Of a stretch of 64,000 nt of DNA, positions 52,848 to 62,445 are shown in pieces. The stretch comes from Bacteroidia bacterium. GTDB lineage: Bacteria; Bacteroidota; Bacteroidia; UKL13-3. The number at the start of each line of letters is the position of its first letter. The first letter of the stretch is position 1. The notes beneath the pieces were generated by a model, which saw nothing but the letters and a program-made list of their open reading frames with translations, was not told where the DNA came from and ran no database searches. A program made the position numbers and the translations under genes. The stretch lies in NCBI GenBank assembly GCA_965279165.1, contig OZ257140.1, positions 166,244 through 230,243 on the forward strand, in the 5' to 3' direction.

Positions 52848-52902
52848 GCTGTATACGACTTAGTCTTTTACTGCTGTTATATGGCAACCTAGAAGGTTTG
52901 GA
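52848..52902 (+). repeat. Right direct repeat of islet 3
   Basis: GCTGTATACGACTTAGTCTTTTACTGCTGTTATATGGCAACCTAGAAGGTTTGGA. Confidence 0.7.
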
Positions 52903-53155
52903 AAGGTCGACCTTTACGGTTAATAAAAGATATACGGTAAGCACCGCTTTACATCAAACGATCTATTTGTATACTTGAATAGCCGATGATAGCATGATTT
53001 CGTCTATATCTTACCATATCTTATTGAATATATTATGTAAATAGGATAAGTTCAATATTGATATGGATTATTACTATAAACTTCCATTCATAATTCCAGT
53101 CAAAAGATTTAACTATTTTTAAAATCATATTCTGTGACTATATTGATTTTTTTTC

Positions 53156-54724
53156 ATGGTAAACCTGACACATTATTTTAGGTCCTATTCCTACCGTTAC
53201 AGCAGCTTTGCATTTCTGCTTAGCATTGTGTTTATCTGGTGGCATGGATACCTGTTTAATACAGGCGACCAAGCCGAGCATTTACCACAGGTATATGCCA
53301 TGCTGGATCCAACCCTGTATCCAAATGATTTTTTTCTAAGTTTATACAACCAAACTTTTACGGTAAGGGAATATTGGGTTTGGTTGGTATATGGAGTAGC
53401 AATTGCTATTGGTGTAGAAACAGGTTGTTTTATGCTTTATTTGGTATGTGTGTATTTAACCATTTATGCCTGGATGTTGATTACCCGGCATATTACAGAA
53501 AATGCATTTGCTCCGTTTATTGTTCCGGTTTTACTTTTCTTTATATTCAATTCATTTACTGTTGGCGGAAACACCTTACTTGTAAATTCATTTGTTGGAA
53601 CGATACCGGCAGAGGCATTAGCTAGTTGGGCCATCTTATTCGGACTTAAAAATTCGCCTTATAAAAGTGCCATATTACTCGGAATTGCAGGACTATTTCA
53701 ACTGTTGGTTGGATTGCATGTTTTTATACTTATCAGTATTGTTCAATTAACTTTTGTAACCAATTCGAGATCCTTTTTTAAGTTCGTTAAACAATATTTG
53801 GTTTTCGGATTGGTTGTATCGCCAATGGCATTACCTATTTTCTACCGACAATTATTTGTACCGGTTTCAAGCGAAGACCTCTCCGTATTTTATCAAACCT
53901 TGTATTACCAGCGAGCACCTTGGCATTATATACCTTCTCTATTTTCAATTAAAGATTATCTGCGTTTAATTGGATTGGCTCTATTAGGATTAATTGCCAT
54001 ACGAAAACTGAGAAGCAATGCGCGTTTATATGAAATTAAAATAACAGGTATCGTTATTATCTTCGGTTGTTTATTGTATGAAATTGCATTGGAATGGTTA
54101 GGAATTTCATCCGTTGGAAAATGGCAATGGTTTAAAACTACCGTATGGCTAAATGCCTTGAGCTGTGTTTTAATTGGCGGTGCAATAGCACAATTTGCGG
54201 GATTAAAAGAGCAGGTAAGTCGGAAAGGTAGATTATGGAATATTGTATTTCTGGTTTCGGGAATGACAGGATTGTTATGGCTCACTCAAACAGAAATACT
54301 ATTACCGGAAAAAATAAGTAACCGTTATCAAATTGGAAATTATAAAAAAACCGACTTGCAAAAAATGCACGCTTGGATATCGGATAGCACATCAAAACAA
54401 AGTTGTTTTTTAATTCCACCGGATAACGAATCTTTTGGATGTGAAGCCAAACGCGCTACTCCGGTTAACTATAAGGCATTGGTACATGAAGCATTTTACT
54501 TTAAAGCTTGGAGGGAAGGCATGGAACGATATTATAAGGTCGATTTTGAAGCGGTTGGGAATAATCCTGTATTGCCAATAGCAGTTAGTAATTATTATGC
54601 CTATCCTATTAATTCAACAATGGATATTGAATATCAATTATGCAATCAAAAGTTGATGAAACATCAATGGAATAAACCCAATATTGTGCATCAGGAAGGA
54701 ATTTGGGTTTTGTTAAAGAAATAA
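53156..54724 (+). CDS. Polytopic integral membrane protein (about 12 TM helices, unknown function; possible glycosyltransferase-C-like)
   Basis: Many hydrophobic helices and a C-terminal soluble domain. The C-terminus QEGIWVLLKK* is copied in degenerate form inside the downstream repeat array. Confidence 0.5.
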   Translation: MVNLTHYFRSYSYRYSSFAFLLSIVFIWWHGYLFNTGDQAEHLPQVYAMLDPTLYPNDFFLSLYNQTFTVREYWVWLVYGVAIAIGVETGCFMLYLVCVYLTIYAWMLITRHITENAFAPFIVPVLLFFIFNSFTVGGNTLLVNSFVGTIPAEALASWAILFGLKNSPYKSAILLGIAGLFQLLVGLHVFILISIVQLTFVTNSRSFFKFVKQYLVFGLVVSPMALPIFYRQLFVPVSSEDLSVFYQTLYYQRAPWHYIPSLFSIKDYLRLIGLALLGLIAIRKLRSNARLYEIKITGIVIIFGCLLYEIALEWLGISSVGKWQWFKTTVWLNALSCVLIGGAIAQFAGLKEQVSRKGRLWNIVFLVSGMTGLLWLTQTEILLPEKISNRYQIGNYKKTDLQKMHAWISDSTSKQSCFLIPPDNESFGCEAKRATPVNYKALVHEAFYFKAWREGMERYYKVDFEAVGNNPVLPIAVSNYYAYPINSTMDIEYQLCNQKLMKHQWNKPNIVHQEGIWVLLKK

Positions 54725-55400
54725 TCACGAGCGTGACGCTCGCGAGAACGGAGCGTGACGCTGACTAATAATACGTGAGGCCTAAATTTATTTAATAATC
54801 ACGAGCGTGACGCTCGCGAGAACGGAGAGCGTGACGCTGACTAATAATACGTGAGGCCTAAATTTATTTAATAATCACGAGCGTGACGCTCGCGGGAACG
54901 AAGAAGGCGAATGGGTGTTGTTAAAGAAATAACCACGAGCGTGACGCTCGCGGGAACGGGGAAGGCGAATGGGTGTTATTTAGGAAGTAATCACGAGCGT
55001 GACGCTCGCGAGAACCGTCACATAGAAAGCACTATTATTCAAAACGAATCACGAGCGTGACGCTCGCGAGAACGGATTATCAATTATGCAAGCATGACTT
55101 GGTAAAGTATGCACTTGATGAAACTAAGGTGGTACATCGGGAAGGCAAATGGGTGTTGTTAAAGAAATAACCACGAGCGCGACGCTCGCGGGAACGGGGA
55201 AGGCGAATGGGTGTTATTTAGGAAGTAATCACGAGCGTGACGCTCGCGAGAACCGTCACATAGAAAGCACTATTATTCAAAACGAATCACGAGCGTGACG
55301 CTCGCGAGAACGGGTGTTTTAAAATTAATCTCGAACGTGACGCTTTCGGAGACGGTTGTAGATTAGACATTAATCACGAGCGTGACGTTCGCGGGAACGG
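54723..55400. repeat. Array of 11 copies of a 29-bp palindromic repeat AATCACGAGCGTGACGCTCGCGAGAACGG separated by 13-95-bp segments, several of them duplicated
   Basis: Repeat starts at 54723, 54797, 54873, 54931, 54989, 55047, 55169, 55227, 55285 and, more degenerate, 55327 and 55372. It contains the nested palindromes CGAGCG-TGA-CGCTCG and CTCGCGAG. Segments S1 and S2 are about the same, S4 equals S7, and S5 equals S8. S3, S4, S6 and S7 resemble the upstream gene's 3' end. Confidence 0.9.
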
Positions 55401-55478
55401 TTGAGCGTAAGGCTAGTTGCACAACTTTTGGCGGAAAACTTTGGACTGATCACTTTTCCTTATCTTTGCCCTTTTACT

Positions 55479-55781
55479 ATGGAAATCATTCATTTTACAG
55501 AAGCAGCACTTGTCGCAATCAATCAATTTAAACAAACATTACATGTACCTGAAGATCATTATTTACGCATTGGAATCAGACAGAAAAATGAAAGCAACAA
55601 AAGGTTGGTTATAGGCTTTGATGAAAAATCAGAAAAAGACCAATTGAAAACCGTGCAAGGTATTGAAATCATTTATTCGCCAGGAGAAGTCTTTTTCTTT
55701 GCAGGAATGGCGATTGATTATTCGGAGAAAGATAACCGTAAAGGATTTACATTCGTAGAACAAAAAAACATTGTTTCTTGA
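55479..55781 (+). CDS. HesB/IscA-like domain protein lacking the conserved Cys ligands
   Basis: Start at [11 protein letters not shown]. HesB-like pattern (LRIGIRQ...GFDE...IDY...GFTF) but none of the three Cys residues. 4-bp overlap with the downstream permease gene. Confidence 0.45.
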   Translation: MEIIHFTEAALVAINQFKQTLHVPEDHYLRIGIRQKNESNKRLVIGFDEKSEKDQLKTVQGIEIIYSPGEVFFFAGMAIDYSEKDNRKGFTFVEQKNIVS

Positions 55782-57010
55782 TTTTCAGAGATAAAATAGC
55801 ACTATCGTATCAGTCCATCAAAGGTAATAAACTCAGGGCAATCATAACTGCCTTGATTATATCCATTGGAATCATGGCATTGGTAGGAATACTTACGGCC
55901 ATTGATGGTATAAAATCATCCATCAACCAAAACTTTTCGGACATGGGGGCCAATACTTTTAATATCAAAAACAGAGGCAGTAATGTTCAGTTTGGAGTTA
56001 AAGGAAAAGCACCGAAGCGCTACCAAAAAATCACCCGATATGAGGCTTATGAATTTAAGGAATCGTATACGTATCCATCGGTAGTTTCATTATCCGTTAA
56101 CGCATCCTTTGCAAGCACCGCCACTTATCAATCACAGAAAACTGAACCCAATATTATGGTGATGGGCGGTGATGAAAATTACCTGAAAATAGCAGGATAT
56201 AATATTGAACTTGGCAGGCCATTTAACCGTCAGGATATTACTTCAGCTGCCAATGTTTGTTTGATTGGTAAAAGTGTTAGGGATAAATTATTTAAGAAGA
56301 AGATACCAATAGGAGAAAGCATTCAGGTTGGTAGTGCCAAATACCGTGTGGTTGGCACTTTGATGGAAAAAGGTTCATCCATGGGTTTTGGAGGCGACAG
56401 AATTATTATCGTTCCCATAGAAAATGCCAGGCAGGTTTTTGCAAGACCTAACATGAGTTTTGTAATAACAGCAGCTATTGATAACGTGGGTCAAATGGAT
56501 GTTGCCGTAGAAGAAGCCAGAGCGGTATTTCGAAATATTCGCAGGTTAACGGCTAACCGGGACGACAATTTTGAAATTGTAAAAGCAGATAATATCGCCG
56601 AAGATTTGATAGATAATTTAAAATATGTAACATGGGCCGCAACGATTATAGGTATCATTACCTTATTGGGTGCAGCAATTGGGCTAATGAATATCATGCT
56701 GGTATCAGTAACCGAACGTACCAGAGAAATAGGCATCCGGAAGGCAATTGGTGCAAATAATAAAACTGTACTTGCTCAGTTTTTATACGAGGCAATTATG
56801 ATTTGTGTTTTTGGCGGTATTGGAGGAATTATACTGGGAATAGTTATCGGTAATATTGTGTCGTTACTTTTAAATGGAGGATTTATCATTCCTTGGTTAT
56901 GGATTACAGGCGGTTTAATAATTTGTATACTCGTTGGATTGGTATCAGGAATTTACCCGGCATACAAGGCCTCGAGATTGGATCCGATTGAGGCACTGAG
57001 GTACGAGTGA
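55778..57010 (+). CDS. ABC transporter permease, FtsX/MacB-like
   Basis: N-terminal TM helix, MacB-type periplasmic domain and a C-terminal FtsX 3-TM bundle. No ATPase gene adjacent in the window. Confidence 0.8.
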   Translation: MIFRDKIALSYQSIKGNKLRAIITALIISIGIMALVGILTAIDGIKSSINQNFSDMGANTFNIKNRGSNVQFGVKGKAPKRYQKITRYEAYEFKESYTYPSVVSLSVNASFASTATYQSQKTEPNIMVMGGDENYLKIAGYNIELGRPFNRQDITSAANVCLIGKSVRDKLFKKKIPIGESIQVGSAKYRVVGTLMEKGSSMGFGGDRIIIVPIENARQVFARPNMSFVITAAIDNVGQMDVAVEEARAVFRNIRRLTANRDDNFEIVKADNIAEDLIDNLKYVTWAATIIGIITLLGAAIGLMNIMLVSVTERTREIGIRKAIGANNKTVLAQFLYEAIMICVFGGIGGIILGIVIGNIVSLLLNGGFIIPWLWITGGLIICILVGLVSGIYPAYKASRLDPIEALRYE

Positions 57011-57012
57011 GG

Positions 57013-57100
57013 AAGTGTTGCCCACCTTCGCAAATGCTACGGTGGACGAGTGTTGAGGTGTTGAAGTGTTGAGGTGTTAAAGTGTTGAGGTGTTAAAGTA
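57013..57100. repeat. Conserved 38-bp core (reverse complement of 29931-29968) plus GTGTTGAGGTGTTAAA tandem units
   Basis: GTGTTGCCCACCTTCGCAAATGCTACGGTGGACGAGTGTTGA followed by 4-5 tandem 8-mers. Begins at the stop codon of the FtsX gene. Confidence 0.85.
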
Positions 57101-57133
57101 CAGTGTGTTTAAGTGGGGGCTTCAAAACACCAA

Positions 57134-57200
57134 CTTATATCTTATATCTTATAACTTATATCTTATATCTTATAACTTATAACTTATATCTCATAACTCC
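57134..57200. repeat. Tandem 12-mer repeat (CTTATATCTTATAA-type), reverse complement of the 25048-25158 family
   Basis: Direct reading. It overlaps the stop codon of the minus-strand PhyH-like gene (…EEL* is encoded by GAGTTATGAG). Confidence 0.9.
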
Positions 57201-58054
57201 TCAAATCCCCATCCTAATCTTTTGTTGTATTCTTTCCAATACTCTTTGGCATCAAGGGTTGTACGTTGAGTAAAAGAAGGTTTCGGACCACGAAAAGATT
57301 CATTGCTGATGTCGTTCCACATGCCAACCATTGAAAAACGAATTTCATCTTTGGTTGCATTGTGTCCGCTTTGGTGAAAGAGATGGCCATCAAAAAACAA
57401 TACATCTCCTACCTTCATTTCAAGCACCACATTCTGGTATTTGTTAACCAGATCCTGATCGATAATAATTTGGGTTGCTCTACCGGGTATCTCATTCCAG
57501 GATTGTTTTGCAACACCCTCTTTATGTGAAGCAGGACAAACATGTATGGTTCCATTTTGGCTCGTTGTATCTCTTAAAACCGGGCACCATGTTTGTAAAT
57601 ATCGGGATTCGGGAATGGTGTAAAAAACTTCTTGATGCCAGCCATACGTTCTTCTTTCGTCGGCAGGAGGATCAATACGAACCCTGTTGGTCCAGCCATA
57701 TAAGGCAGCGTGCTCCGGTAAACCAAGTAGTTCCCTAGTTATGGCCTCAATCTTTTTATTGGATAAAAAACGCATAAAAGTACCAGAATAAGAAACGATA
57801 TCATAACCCTCTCCTACCAGATCTTTGCTGTAATTAAATACATCTAGAATCAGATGATCGAGTATTTTTAAATCAGCAGGATATTTCAACTCTGCTATTG
57901 TGTTAATCGGATGAGAAAGTTGGATTTTGTTTTTGTGTGCAATGGATTTAAAAACATCCAAAAAAAGATAGAACATTTCCCCCATATCCGATTCGGAGTA
58001 TACGTTTGGAATGATACAATAGCCATTCTCTTTAAAAATTTCGCGATTTCCCAT
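57191..58054 (-). CDS. Phytanoyl-CoA dioxygenase (PhyH) family Fe(II)/2-oxoglutarate oxygenase
   Basis: HxD...H pattern (HQEV..., HVCPASHK) and a size typical of PhyH-family proteins. Confidence 0.55.
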   Translation of the reverse strand: MGNREIFKENGYCIIPNVYSESDMGEMFYLFLDVFKSIAHKNKIQLSHPINTIAELKYPADLKILDHLILDVFNYSKDLVGEGYDIVSYSGTFMRFLSNKKIEAITRELLGLPEHAALYGWTNRVRIDPPADERRTYGWHQEVFYTIPESRYLQTWCPVLRDTTSQNGTIHVCPASHKEGVAKQSWNEIPGRATQIIIDQDLVNKYQNVVLEMKVGDVLFFDGHLFHQSGHNATKDEIRFSMVGMWNDISNESFRGPKPSFTQRTTLDAKEYWKEYNKRLGWGFEEL

Positions 58055-58205
58055 ATTGCAAATACAAGAACAAGGATATACAATTATATCACAATAAAAA
58101 ATGACACTTATGCAAACTACCCATTTTGCATTTTTAAGGATGATTCGAACGGAATAAGTTTGATTTGGTTAAACACTGACATTACCTTTCCCTTATATTT
58201 GGGCC

Positions 58206-59531
58206 ATGTGTATTTTGTTATATGTGCATCAAGCTACCATTTCAAATTGGTCGGTTATTCCTTTTGTTACGCTATTGCTATTACTATCGACAGGTAGTAT
58301 TATTTTCCCAAAATTCTGGCACGAATCCTATAAAATGGTATCCGTGTCGCTTGGATTGGTAGTGGCCTTCTGGTATATTTACTCGTTTAAGCAAACCGAT
58401 ATTGTAATCGAAACTTTTGCGGAATATGTTTCCTTTGTTGCCTTACTTTTTGCCTTGTATGTTGCAGCAGGTGGCATTTTTATATTTGCCGATTTCGAAT
58501 CCAATACAAGGAACAATATTTTATTTTTATTGATAGGAGCGGCACTTGCAAATCTAATCGGCACAACAGGAGCTTCCGTATTGTTAATCCGACCTTTTAT
58601 GAGAATGAACCGATATCGTTTACAGCCTTATCATATCGTATTCTTTATTTTCTTTGTTTCGAATATTGGTGGTTTATTAACTCCAATTGGTGATCCGCCA
58701 TTGTTTATTGGCTTCTTAAAGGGAATACCATTTTTCTATACCTTAATAAATTTATACCTTCCATGGATATTAACCCTTATTCTGTTGACTTTATTTTTGT
58801 ATTGGTTTGAAAGCAAGAATGTTGCATGGAATGAAATAGATATTTCGAAGCATTACAGCAATAAAATTATGGTGAAAGGTAAACGTAATTTTATATGGCT
58901 TGGTTTAGCCGTACTTACCGTTTTTATTGACCCGGGGATTATACCAAATTTACCGGCTTACAACTTAAATGGTCATAAAATCTCCTTTATTAGGGAAGGC
59001 CTTCAAATATTGATTGCATGTTTGTGTTTGTATACTGCCAATAAAAAAGCCTTACGCAGCAACCAATTTAAATATGAACCGATACGTGAAATTGCCTTTT
59101 TGTTTTTCGGGATATTTATGACGATGATACCTGCACTGCAGTTATTGCAACAATTGGGTAAGAATGGAATGATATTAAACCTCACGCAAACCTATTTTGC
59201 CAGTGGATTGGCCTCAGCATTTCTAGACAATGCTCCTGCCTATTTAAATTTCTTAACATTTAGTATGGGAGGACAAAATCTGCAAGTAAATCAGGTTAAT
59301 GATGTAGTTGCTTTTGCCGATGGTTCTTTTATGCCATACGTACTTGCTATCTCTATTTCCTCTGTATTTTGGGGTGCTGTAACGTATGTAGGCAATGGCC
59401 CAAATTTAATGGTAAAATCAATTGCTGAACATGCGGGAGTTAAAATGCCTTCCTTTTTTGGTTATATTTTCAGGTATAGTATTCCGATCTTACTACCGAT
59501 ACTGATACTTATTTGGTTGGTTTTCTTTTAA
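58206..59531 (+). CDS. ArsB/NhaD-superfamily ion transporter (putative Na+/H+ antiporter)
   Basis: About 12 TM helices with a two-repeat permease pattern. The true start may be the downstream Met MVSVSLG. Confidence 0.5.
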   Translation: MCILLYVHQATISNWSVIPFVTLLLLLSTGSIIFPKFWHESYKMVSVSLGLVVAFWYIYSFKQTDIVIETFAEYVSFVALLFALYVAAGGIFIFADFESNTRNNILFLLIGAALANLIGTTGASVLLIRPFMRMNRYRLQPYHIVFFIFFVSNIGGLLTPIGDPPLFIGFLKGIPFFYTLINLYLPWILTLILLTLFLYWFESKNVAWNEIDISKHYSNKIMVKGKRNFIWLGLAVLTVFIDPGIIPNLPAYNLNGHKISFIREGLQILIACLCLYTANKKALRSNQFKYEPIREIAFLFFGIFMTMIPALQLLQQLGKNGMILNLTQTYFASGLASAFLDNAPAYLNFLTFSMGGQNLQVNQVNDVVAFADGSFMPYVLAISISSVFWGAVTYVGNGPNLMVKSIAEHAGVKMPSFFGYIFRYSIPILLPILILIWLVFF

Positions 59532-59641
59532 CCATTCCAAATCGAGTACAATAGCAGACACGACGTTAAAGATTTTTTGTAAGTTTAATATGTAAAGACT
59601 ACTTATAAGTTGTTATGTATTCTAACTATTAATACCCTGCA

Positions 59642-60517
59642 TTACTGACAACCAAATTTTAATTTAGATTTCTCATTGGTTTGGTCTTCCGAGCTATTCC
59701 AAACTGCCTTTCTTACTGTAACAGTTACATCCACAAGAATGCTGGTTGGGTTGGTAATATTAAAATACTTACGAGGAATCATGGTGATTTTAAAACGACC
59801 ATCACTCATTTTTAACATGCGTAACATTGGGTTGTTTTGCACTTGTAAAAATTTACTCGGTTCAATTGTAGTCACAATTGCAGTAGCAGTATCTTTAACT
59901 GTAGCAACCATATGCATATAAACCTCACCATCATTCAGGTTTTGCATGGTAGTTTTGGTTTCGAGCGGATTATCATAAACAAGCGATGTAATTTGTGTTT
60001 CTAACATAATAGCAGGCACGGTATATAATAAACCCCTATCTAATTTTGGTGGTTCAACCGCTACATTAAAGTCTTCTGTTTTAACATCAGGATCGCCATA
60101 ACCGCCTCCATCTTTTGGTTTAACCAAGAAAGAAATATCACTTGCGTAAACCGTATTTGCATCGCAGTTGTAGAATACAGTTGGAACCATTTCATAATAC
60201 CAAACATTTGCTCCTTTGGTATCGTCCTTGGTCATTTTCAATCGTTCGTTAGAACTTTTCCATGGCTTGTCGCCTTCTCCATTTACCAGTGTATCAGCGC
60301 GTTCCGTCTCGGTAGGTTTCCAAGTCCAGATATAATATGGTCCAACGGGGTCGGCCTTCATGGCATCAGCAGTTGCCGCAGTAACTTTATTCAAATCACA
60401 ATACAAGCGAACGGTTTTTGTAACATCCGGATTTTCGGGTTCAATCCAAGCTGCCTGGGCTGAAACATGTTGGTTTACACCCAATATTACCGATAGAATT
60501 AGTATATACTTTTTCAT
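59642..60517 (-). CDS. Hypothetical secreted protein (PUL-associated)
   Basis: Signal peptide MKKYILILSVILGVNQHVSAQ. Lies downstream of the SusC/SusD pair. Confidence 0.55.
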   Translation of the reverse strand: MKKYILILSVILGVNQHVSAQAAWIEPENPDVTKTVRLYCDLNKVTAATADAMKADPVGPYYIWTWKPTETERADTLVNGEGDKPWKSSNERLKMTKDDTKGANVWYYEMVPTVFYNCDANTVYASDISFLVKPKDGGGYGDPDVKTEDFNVAVEPPKLDRGLLYTVPAIMLETQITSLVYDNPLETKTTMQNLNDGEVYMHMVATVKDTATAIVTTIEPSKFLQVQNNPMLRMLKMSDGRFKITMIPRKYFNITNPTSILVDVTVTVRKAVWNSSEDQTNEKSKLKFGCQ

Positions 60518-60520
60518 GAT

Positions 60521-61009
60521 TTATTGTTTGGCAAATTGAAGTTTAAAAGTCATAACGGAAGAGCCTGAACAGGAAGCTGATTCTTGGTATTCCAGGTATC
60601 CGCCGGGTGCCTGAATATTTGATCCAATCGGGATTACGGTACCTGAATTCAGAATAATCTTTGTTGGATAATTGTTATCATCATAACTCCATGTACCGGA
60701 ACTTCCAAAATAACTAACCATCACACCAGTTGTATCGGAAACAAAAGTTTGGTTGGTGGTATTGAAAGTAATATTTGGTTTTTGGGTTGCAGGACTCATA
60801 GAATAAAAGTCGGTTATATCAATACTCTCTTTGGTCAAAGAAAGTTCGTCGACTTGTGAGGCTTTTGACAATACCCACTTACCATTAAGAATGCTGTTAA
60901 AATTCTCGGCAGAGTATATTGGTGGACCAATCTCTTTGTCCTTATCGTATGGCTTTTCGCACCCGAATGCGAGTAAGCAAATAAAACCGGAGATAATATA
61001 TTTTTTCAT
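60521..61009 (-). CDS. Hypothetical lipoprotein (PUL-associated)
   Basis: Signal peptide plus lipobox (LLAFGCEK). 4 bp from the next gene. Confidence 0.55.
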   Translation of the reverse strand: MKKYIISGFICLLAFGCEKPYDKDKEIGPPIYSAENFNSILNGKWVLSKASQVDELSLTKESIDITDFYSMSPATQKPNITFNTTNQTFVSDTTGVMVSYFGSSGTWSYDDNNYPTKIILNSGTVIPIGSNIQAPGGYLEYQESASCSGSSVMTFKLQFAKQ

Positions 61010-61015
61010 ATCGTA

Positions 61016-62434
61016 TTAATTACAAACTGCTAAAGGATTATACACAAACAAACTGGAGGTGCCGCAGGAAGATGGAAACTGTAGCACCATGCCATTGCAA
61101 TTCCAAATAACACCACGTATGTATACCGGAGAACCGGAACCGGTGCGATTAACATCTGCTCCTATTCGTTTCAATTGATGAATACGGTCGCCTTCACAAA
61201 CCATTTCCCGACGTCGCTCATTACGAATATTCTCAAGCAAACTTGGGGTATTGATAGCCGCTAAAACAGGTGCCGGATTATAATAAGCCCTGTTTACAAT
61301 CTTTGTAATTTCGGTTGTAGCACCTGCATTATCACCTTGCATCGCAAGAATTTCAGCTTTCATCAGTACCAAATCTGTTAAGGTTAAATAGGGAGTTGCA
61401 AAGGTAGTTAAATTAAACTTGGTTGAAGCCGCAAGCTCATCAGGAGTCCCGGCATTAAATAAGGTAACCATTTTGGAACGTTTGTCGTTGGTATCTTTTA
61501 ACAAGTTATACATATCGGTTGAAAGGCCCATCAGGGGAATTCCTAAATCACTACGGTATGCTGCTTTAAATTCTCCGGAACGAGCGCTATTTTCATATGG
61601 ATTATCCCCTGCTACAAATCCGAATATAATTTCGCTTGCAATTTCATCCCGTTTAAAACGATTCAAACTATCGCTTAGGGTATAGGTTCCGTTATTGATA
61701 AGTTCATTTATTAAGGGAAGGGATAAAGCATATTGACCGCTTAAAAAGTAAACTTTTGCCAATAGTGCTTTAGATGCATTTTGACTTGCATAAACTCCAT
61801 TCGTTGGAGGTAGTTTAGAGATCGCGGTTGTTAAATCCGAAACAATCATCTCATATGTTTGCGCCACATTGGAACGAGGAATTGCTTCATTTTTGGCTCT
61901 TTTGCGAAGCATCACACCTAGGTGTGAATTGTCTGCAGTATAACCAGCCGGTTGGGCAAATAACTTAACCAATTCGAAATGACATAAGGCTCTTAGAAAA
62001 GCAGCCTCTCCTTCCATTCTTTGACGTTCAGCCGTACTTAAATCTGTAACATAATCATAGTACAAATCCATTGTATTAGCCCTGTATATGGTATAATAAG
62101 GCTGGCTAAACACACTGCCTACATAAGAATTAAATTGATCGATATTGTGTTTATAAATTGCCATTCTAAAAGGGTCGTTATTGGAAGGAGGCGTTACATC
62201 ATCGGCGAGTAAATCACCCGAAATTTGAAACATTCCATTCATCATATTGGCACAATTGTCGTAGCATGAATTTAACAAATTCTGCATGTCCTGTGGCGTT
62301 TTTATCGCATCTTCAGGTGAAAGTCCCAGACTTGGATTTTTCTCTGCTTCTACTTCGAGATTTTTTTCACAAGACGAAACCAGTGTAAATAGTACAACCA
62401 GAATCGGGATTAATTTTAATGTATTTATTTTCAT
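61016..62434 (-). CDS. RagB/SusD family nutrient-binding outer membrane lipoprotein
   Basis: Lipoprotein signal (LVSSCEKN). TPR-like SusD architecture. Position immediately after SusC. Confidence 0.85.
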   Translation of the reverse strand: MKINTLKLIPILVVLFTLVSSCEKNLEVEAEKNPSLGLSPEDAIKTPQDMQNLLNSCYDNCANMMNGMFQISGDLLADDVTPPSNNDPFRMAIYKHNIDQFNSYVGSVFSQPYYTIYRANTMDLYYDYVTDLSTAERQRMEGEAAFLRALCHFELVKLFAQPAGYTADNSHLGVMLRKRAKNEAIPRSNVAQTYEMIVSDLTTAISKLPPTNGVYASQNASKALLAKVYFLSGQYALSLPLINELINNGTYTLSDSLNRFKRDEIASEIIFGFVAGDNPYENSARSGEFKAAYRSDLGIPLMGLSTDMYNLLKDTNDKRSKMVTLFNAGTPDELAASTKFNLTTFATPYLTLTDLVLMKAEILAMQGDNAGATTEITKIVNRAYYNPAPVLAAINTPSLLENIRNERRREMVCEGDRIHQLKRIGADVNRTGSGSPVYIRGVIWNCNGMVLQFPSSCGTSSLFVYNPLAVCN

Positions 62435-62445
62435 ATTTCCTGTGA

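Noticed and set aside
52739-52978. 79-aa plus-strand ORF after the HigA-like gene
   Set aside because: It lies across the right direct repeat of islet 3. It has low complexity and no start context, so it is likely non-coding.
54723-55400. Calling the palindromic 29-bp repeat array a CRISPR array
   Set aside because: The 'spacers' vary from 13 to 95 bp. Several are duplicated or near-identical (S1 and S2, S4 and S7, S5 and S8). Some are clearly copies of the adjacent gene's 3' end. The two terminal repeats are degenerate. No cas genes are in the window. It is reported as a repeat or finding instead.
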